Positions 59,354 through 64,000 of a stretch of DNA of 64,000 nucleotides are shown here, in pieces. Below the pieces are notes generated by a model, which ran no database searches, was not told the origin of the DNA, and saw nothing but the letters and a program-made list of their open reading frames with translations. Source of the stretch: Fluviicola sp. (GTDB lineage: Bacteria; Bacteroidota; Bacteroidia; Flavobacteriales_D; Crocinitomicaceae). Each line of letters begins with the position of its first letter. The stretch's first letter is position 1. The stretch is from the NCBI GenBank assembly GCA_002734085.1, contig NVXV01000001.1, positions 159,783 to 223,782 of the forward strand. The letters are read 5' to 3'. The translations under genes were made by a program, and so were the position numbers.

Positions 59354-59509
59354 AAGACATTAAAAGAAACGAATTTAATAAATTATTAGGTTTTTTAGTC
59401 ATGCAAGTTATAAAATAACAACCATTTGGAACATTTCAACGTTCTATATTCTAAATAGAGGATTTATTTTTGTTCAAACTAGTATTTTGTATAAATTTGA
59501 GCCACTAAT

Positions 59510-62500
59510 ATGCTAATTATGAAATTTTTGAAACTATCATTACTTTTAACCTTAATAGCTTTTTTAGCTGTTAATGTCAATAGCCAAACTGAAGACTATA
59601 AATGGTTTGATTTAGCTAAACCGAATGGAACTTCTGGTTCAACTGTAACTGGAGATTTATCCTCTATTGAAATTACCCCTTCAGGAGATATATTTTTTAT
59701 CTATGTTGATTTTGACTTCAGTAATTTATTGGTGAAAAAACTTGATGTATTGAGTAACACCTGGTCAACAGTTTATAGTGAAACTATTTCTGGTGTTACT
59801 TTGAAAGAACTTGAAACTTATCAAACTAATCAAAATATATATATTGGAACTTCATCAAATATTGCGGGCTTTAATTTTTATTTATGGAAGTTTGACTATA
59901 ATCAAGAATCTGTTTCAAACTTGTATTATGGAGCTCCTTGTTCTATGAGTGTTGCAGGTACATTCGATTTTGTAGTGGACGAAAATAATCAACATCTGCA
60001 CAGTGCTGTAAAAGATCCGAATGGTTTTTTAGTTGTTGACACTTACAACTTGGCTACAACATCAACAAATATAGCCGCAATAACTGGTGTTACTCTGAAT
60101 AACCACCCTGAGATTGCTATAGATCATATAAATAGTTTATTATATACAGTAGGAAATGAATCATCAGAAGAATACATACTTCTTAGATCTCCTTTACAAA
60201 CGACTTTAAATTTATCGGTATATGACGGGGTGAACGGTTATATTCCTTCAAGTTTATATGCTGGTGCTAGCTACGGTAATGAAATTGGTTTTATTGAAAA
60301 AGCAAACTCTAGTCCTGATATTGTTTTGAATCATTATACTGGAACTATCTATGAAAGCTTTAGATTGGGAGAACTTAATTCCAACACAGATGCCAATATT
60401 GTACCTAGTGCTCTTTACACTCCTGAATTTATTGGTGGTTCAAATCTTTCTACTTTTTCGATTGGTTTTAATTGGGGCACGAATGAATTAATTGCATATG
60501 ATGTAAAGCCAGATGGTACCGTTAATCAAGTAGCATCAAATAACAATCCTATTTTAGAAACAGCTACTGCTGAAGGAATCGTCTTTGGAACTTCAGACAA
60601 GGATAGGCTCGCAACTTTCTTCCATGCACAAGTCGGGGGCGATGGTACGGATGGTGGACGTTTTATGATAACGAACAATCCTCCATCATTGAACTCTTAT
60701 ACAGTCAACAACGGTTGCCTCAATAATTATTCATACATAATAGAGGACTTGTCATTCACAGATTTAGATGGTGATGAAGTTGAAATTTTAAATGATGTAA
60801 CAAGTTCAAACGCATCAATAATAGATCCTTCTACTATTTACGTATATAGTAATCCTCATGTTATTGAAGCAAATCCTGAAGGAATAGGCTCTGTTGATTT
60901 AACTATACAGTTTACTGATGGATTAGACACAATTTCGGAAGTTATTACGGTTGAAGTTGTAGCGCTAGCTACAGTAAACTTTACTGTTTCAGAAATAAAC
61001 GCATGTATTTATGATGGCGAAGTTGACATAAATGAGTTTGTTACTGAGCCTGGAGGTTCTGCTTATTTGCAAAGTGAGTTTTCATCAAGTAATGGAATTA
61101 TTAATTTTAATGAGCTTTTAGACTACAATGGTAGCCCAACTTTACCCTATACAGACTTTGTTGAATTCAGTTTTATTGATGGAAATGGTTGCTCTTCATC
61201 CACTCCGTCATTAATTCCCTTTACAATTTTTGATCAACCATCGGCAAACTTGAGTGTCACGAATACTACATGCGGAAATACTGATGGAGCTATAGAGGCA
61301 TTAAATATTAATAGTCCAAATGGAACTTATTACACTTATTGGAATTCAGGAGCGCAAAATGTGAGTAGCATCAACGATCTTTCACCTGGGACTTATTACT
61401 TCAATATAATAGATGAGAAAGATTGTAAATTTACCAGTCAAGCAGATATTGAAGCTAGTGACTTTAATGTTACTGGAACCATAACTGAGCCAACTTGTCA
61501 CGACAAAACTGATGGAGCTATAGACTTAGAAGTTTTTGGAGGTTCAGGTAATTACTCTATACTTTGGTCCACTGGCCACGGATCAGAAGATTTAACTTCT
61601 TTAGGGGCTGGAAATTACGCTGTAACCGTAACGGATGATTCGGGTTGTCAAGCAACTAAATCATTTAATCTTACTAACCCTCAAGAGTTTAAAATCAATT
61701 ATTCCACGTATTTACCCAATTGCGGAAATCTCAATGGTGCGATAAATAACTTCAATTCAGAAGGGGGAGTTGCTCCTTTTACTTTTGATTGGAGTAATGG
61801 TGCCTCGACTCAAGAACTTAATAACATTGGCGCAGGTTACTATGAGGTTACAGTAACGGATGATAATAATTGTGTTGCACAAGAATCTTATTTCTTTAAT
61901 AGTATTGATGCACCAAGTGTTTATTTAGACAACAAAGTTAATGCATCATGTAATTTAGATAACGGTAGCCTCGATTTATACATTTCACCCGCATTTGGTG
62001 AGCAAATCACTTCAATTGTTTGGAGTAATGGCGCTACAACTGAAGATATTTCTGGGCTTAGTCCAGGGAATTATCAAGTTACTATCTTCCAATCAAACGG
62101 ATGTAACGCTACATACAGTTGGACCATTAAAAACAAAGCTCCCTCAAAACCTGGAATATGTATTGTTACTGTTGATACAACGACAAATACCAATTTAGTT
62201 GTTTGGGAGAAAGATGCCAATAACCCTCAAAGTATTAGTTATTACAACATTTATAGAGAGACTTCAAACGTTGGGCAATATCAAAAAATAGATACAGTGA
62301 ATCATTCAAGTATTTCCGTTTTTAATGATGTAGTAGCTTCCCCAGAAAATCGTTCTTGGAGATATAAAATTTCTGCAGTAAATGAATGTGGTGTTGAGAG
62401 TAATTTATCACAAAGTCACAAAACAATTCATTTAGTAACAACAGACTTAGGTGGGGGAGAAAAAGGAATTTCTTGGGATAATTATGAAGGATTTGAATAT

Positions 62501-63022
62501 AACTCTTACGACTTACTCAGATATACCGACGTTAATGGTTGGGAAATTCTGGAAGCGGATATTCCATTGGAAAACACACCTTTCAAGACGGACACACCTC
62601 CTTCTATCACAAATCTAAATTATATAATTGAAGTACTACCTCCTGGAGGTCTTTGCTCAGCGACTGAAGGTAAAGCTCAAGATTACAATGCTGCTCGTTC
62701 GAATAAACCGTCTTCCATTTTTAATCCAGGTGATGGAACAGGAGACCCTAATAATAGTTTATCCAAAGAAGAAAATGGAAACTACACTGTAGCCTTGTAC
62801 CCTAACCCTTCAAATGGATTGTTTAAAATTGCTTTATATCATAAAAACCCAAGTTCTAATCTAGACATGAAAGTCATTGATTTGAATGGGAAAATAATTT
62901 ATTCTAATCAAATTAAGAATGGTGTAAACTATATATCTATTGATAACATTGATTCTGGAATATACCATGTAAAAATAAGTGATGATAATTTTATTGAAAC
63001 ACTAAAAGTTATTATCAAATAG
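59510..63022 (+). CDS. T9SS-secreted cell-surface protein with SprB-type repeats
   Basis: Signal peptide and four ~75-aa repeats carrying TCGNTDGAIEA, TCHDKTDGAIDL, NCGNLNGAIN and SCNLDNGSLDL (about 61.2-62.1 kb). An FN3-like region follows. The C-terminal sorting domain reads ALYPNPSNGLFKI...GIYHVKISDDNFIETLKVIIK. Confidence 0.75.
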   Translation: MLIMKFLKLSLLLTLIAFLAVNVNSQTEDYKWFDLAKPNGTSGSTVTGDLSSIEITPSGDIFFIYVDFDFSNLLVKKLDVLSNTWSTVYSETISGVTLKELETYQTNQNIYIGTSSNIAGFNFYLWKFDYNQESVSNLYYGAPCSMSVAGTFDFVVDENNQHLHSAVKDPNGFLVVDTYNLATTSTNIAAITGVTLNNHPEIAIDHINSLLYTVGNESSEEYILLRSPLQTTLNLSVYDGVNGYIPSSLYAGASYGNEIGFIEKANSSPDIVLNHYTGTIYESFRLGELNSNTDANIVPSALYTPEFIGGSNLSTFSIGFNWGTNELIAYDVKPDGTVNQVASNNNPILETATAEGIVFGTSDKDRLATFFHAQVGGDGTDGGRFMITNNPPSLNSYTVNNGCLNNYSYIIEDLSFTDLDGDEVEILNDVTSSNASIIDPSTIYVYSNPHVIEANPEGIGSVDLTIQFTDGLDTISEVITVEVVALATVNFTVSEINACIYDGEVDINEFVTEPGGSAYLQSEFSSSNGIINFNELLDYNGSPTLPYTDFVEFSFIDGNGCSSSTPSLIPFTIFDQPSANLSVTNTTCGNTDGAIEALNINSPNGTYYTYWNSGAQNVSSINDLSPGTYYFNIIDEKDCKFTSQADIEASDFNVTGTITEPTCHDKTDGAIDLEVFGGSGNYSILWSTGHGSEDLTSLGAGNYAVTVTDDSGCQATKSFNLTNPQEFKINYSTYLPNCGNLNGAINNFNSEGGVAPFTFDWSNGASTQELNNIGAGYYEVTVTDDNNCVAQESYFFNSIDAPSVYLDNKVNASCNLDNGSLDLYISPAFGEQITSIVWSNGATTEDISGLSPGNYQVTIFQSNGCNATYSWTIKNKAPSKPGICIVTVDTTTNTNLVVWEKDANNPQSISYYNIYRETSNVGQYQKIDTVNHSSISVFNDVVASPENRSWRYKISAVNECGVESNLSQSHKTIHLVTTDLGGGEKGISWDNYEGFEYNSYDLLRYTDVNGWEILEADIPLENTPFKTDTPPSITNLNYIIEVLPPGGLCSATEGKAQDYNAARSNKPSSIFNPGDGTGDPNNSLSKEENGNYTVALYPNPSNGLFKIALYHKNPSSNLDMKVIDLNGKIIYSNQIKNGVNYISIDNIDSGIYHVKISDDNFIETLKVIIK

Positions 63023-63072
63023 CTACATAGAAAATTATGTTTAAATTTTTAATTAACAGTAAATAATTTATT

Positions 63073-64000
63073 ATGAAATACTTAAGCTACTTTATTGGAC
63101 TCTCAACCCTATTGGTATTCTTACCAATAACTACATATTCCCAAATGCAGGATGTAGAATGGAAAACCTTACCTTCTCCTGCAGTAGGAACTGAAACGAT
63201 TTCTGGTGATTTATCACAGTTAGAGATTACAGATGATGGAAATATTTATTTTATATTTTTTGATGAAAACTCTAATAGTTTAAGAATTAAACACCTAGAT
63301 GTTATGTCTGGAACTTGGTTTGAAATCCACAGTGAACAAATATCTGGAGTTGTTTTCAATCAGTTAGAAACTTACCAAGTTCAAAACAATGTCTTTTTTA
63401 CATTGGTTCGACAAGATACGTATACAATGTATATGTGGAATCTAGATCCTGCTCAGAATGTTGCTAACTTATTCTTTAATCAAACTACATCAATGGACCA
63501 AACTCTAGGTATGGACTTTATAGTCGACAAAAATTCAAATTTGATGTATTTTGCAAGTAGAGACTTGAACTCTACAATATATGTTGATGTTTTTAATCTT
63601 ACAAGTAACAGCTTTGAAAATACGAATTCATTAGGTTACATATCATATGGTAAACCTGAAATGGCGATTGATTATACTAACAACTTGTTTTATGTAGCAG
63701 GAAACAATCCTGCGGGGGATTATATTGTACACACTAGTCCACTTAGTGTCTCAACAACTTTTACTCCCATAAACGCAGGTGGAGAAATAACTTCAGGCTT
63801 AATTACTGGAAACGCCAATGGCAACAGATATAAATTAAACGAAAAGGAAAATAGCGCCCCTAGTATTGTTTTAAATCAAGGAACAACAGGTGCAGAGTCT
63901 TATCGTATAGGTTTACCCGGAACATCATTCTCTGACGTGCTACTAGAAGGTCTACCAGGTTTAGAGAAATTCGTTGTGGATGGATCTGGAGAAAATGACT
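63073..64000 (+). CDS. paralog of the preceding T9SS surface protein (partial; runs off the window end)
   Basis: From the ATG at 63073: MKYLSYFIGLSTLLVFLPITTYSQMQDVEWKTLPSP...ISGDLSQLEITDDGNIYFIFFDENSNSLRIKHLDVMSGTW. This is collinear with the 59510 product (VTGDLSSIEITPSGDIFFIYVDFDFSNLLVKKLDVLSNTW). It is not in the ORF track because it has no stop in the window. Confidence 0.65.
   Translation, partial: MKYLSYFIGLSTLLVFLPITTYSQMQDVEWKTLPSPAVGTETISGDLSQLEITDDGNIYFIFFDENSNSLRIKHLDVMSGTWFEIHSEQISGVVFNQLETYQVQNNVFFTLVRQDTYTMYMWNLDPAQNVANLFFNQTTSMDQTLGMDFIVDKNSNLMYFASRDLNSTIYVDVFNLTSNSFENTNSLGYISYGKPEMAIDYTNNLFYVAGNNPAGDYIVHTSPLSVSTTFTPINAGGEITSGLITGNANGNRYKLNEKENSAPSIVLNQGTTGAESYRIGLPGTSFSDVLLEGLPGLEKFVVDGSGEND

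Noticed and set aside
1-64000. Search for tRNA, rRNA, tmRNA, RNase P and CRISPR arrays
   Set aside because: No T-arm or anticodon-arm-like cloverleaf candidates, rRNA-like GC-rich blocks or regularly spaced repeats were seen by eye. This is a visual scan only, so tRNAscan-SE, Infernal and a CRISPR finder should confirm it.

Overview
AT-rich chromosomal segment that looks like Bacteroidota, probably Flavobacteriia-like. This is inferred from T9SS C-terminal sorting domains, SprB repeats, a complete Bat/MoxR aerotolerance-type operon, DUF4301, DUF4271-hemD and TonB-receptor operons. About 54 protein genes are present, mostly on the minus strand and often with overlapping start and stop codons. 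By-eye scanning found no rRNA, tRNA or CRISPR. Recognisable blocks: (1) 1-10.4 kb holds four radical-SAM genes (three B12-binding type), three SAM methyltransferases, two glycosyltransferases and a nucleotidyltransferase-fold gene. (2) 10.5-14.4 kb is an ergothioneine egtB-egtD operon with unusual accessory genes. (3) 14.5-22.8 kb is moxR-DUF58-batABCDE. (4) 23.7-29.8 kb is a TonB receptor/HTTM/imelysin/DUF4856 operon. (5) 30-36 kb carries msrB, OmpA/TPR and methyltransferase genes. (6) 36.6-40.4 kb is a small accessory islet: a WYL regulator divergent from an ORF6N protein, a 169-aa orphan and a PD-(D/E)xK nuclease. (7) 40.4-56 kb is housekeeping: menC, menA, xerD, ALDH, gcdH, hemD, PBP1A, scoA, xth. 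(8) 56-64 kb holds a beta-propeller-sensor SpoIIE phosphatase and two tandem paralogous T9SS adhesin-like genes. The best candidates for something undescribed are the rSAM/methyltransferase cassette cluster (1-10.4 kb) and the WYL-linked two-nuclease islet (36.6-40.4 kb). A family of GC-enriched intergenic hairpin repeats with compensatory stem changes (23.5, 38.4 and 42.5 kb) is also worth a look. All functional calls rest on motif reading of the translated ORFs, since no database search was possible.
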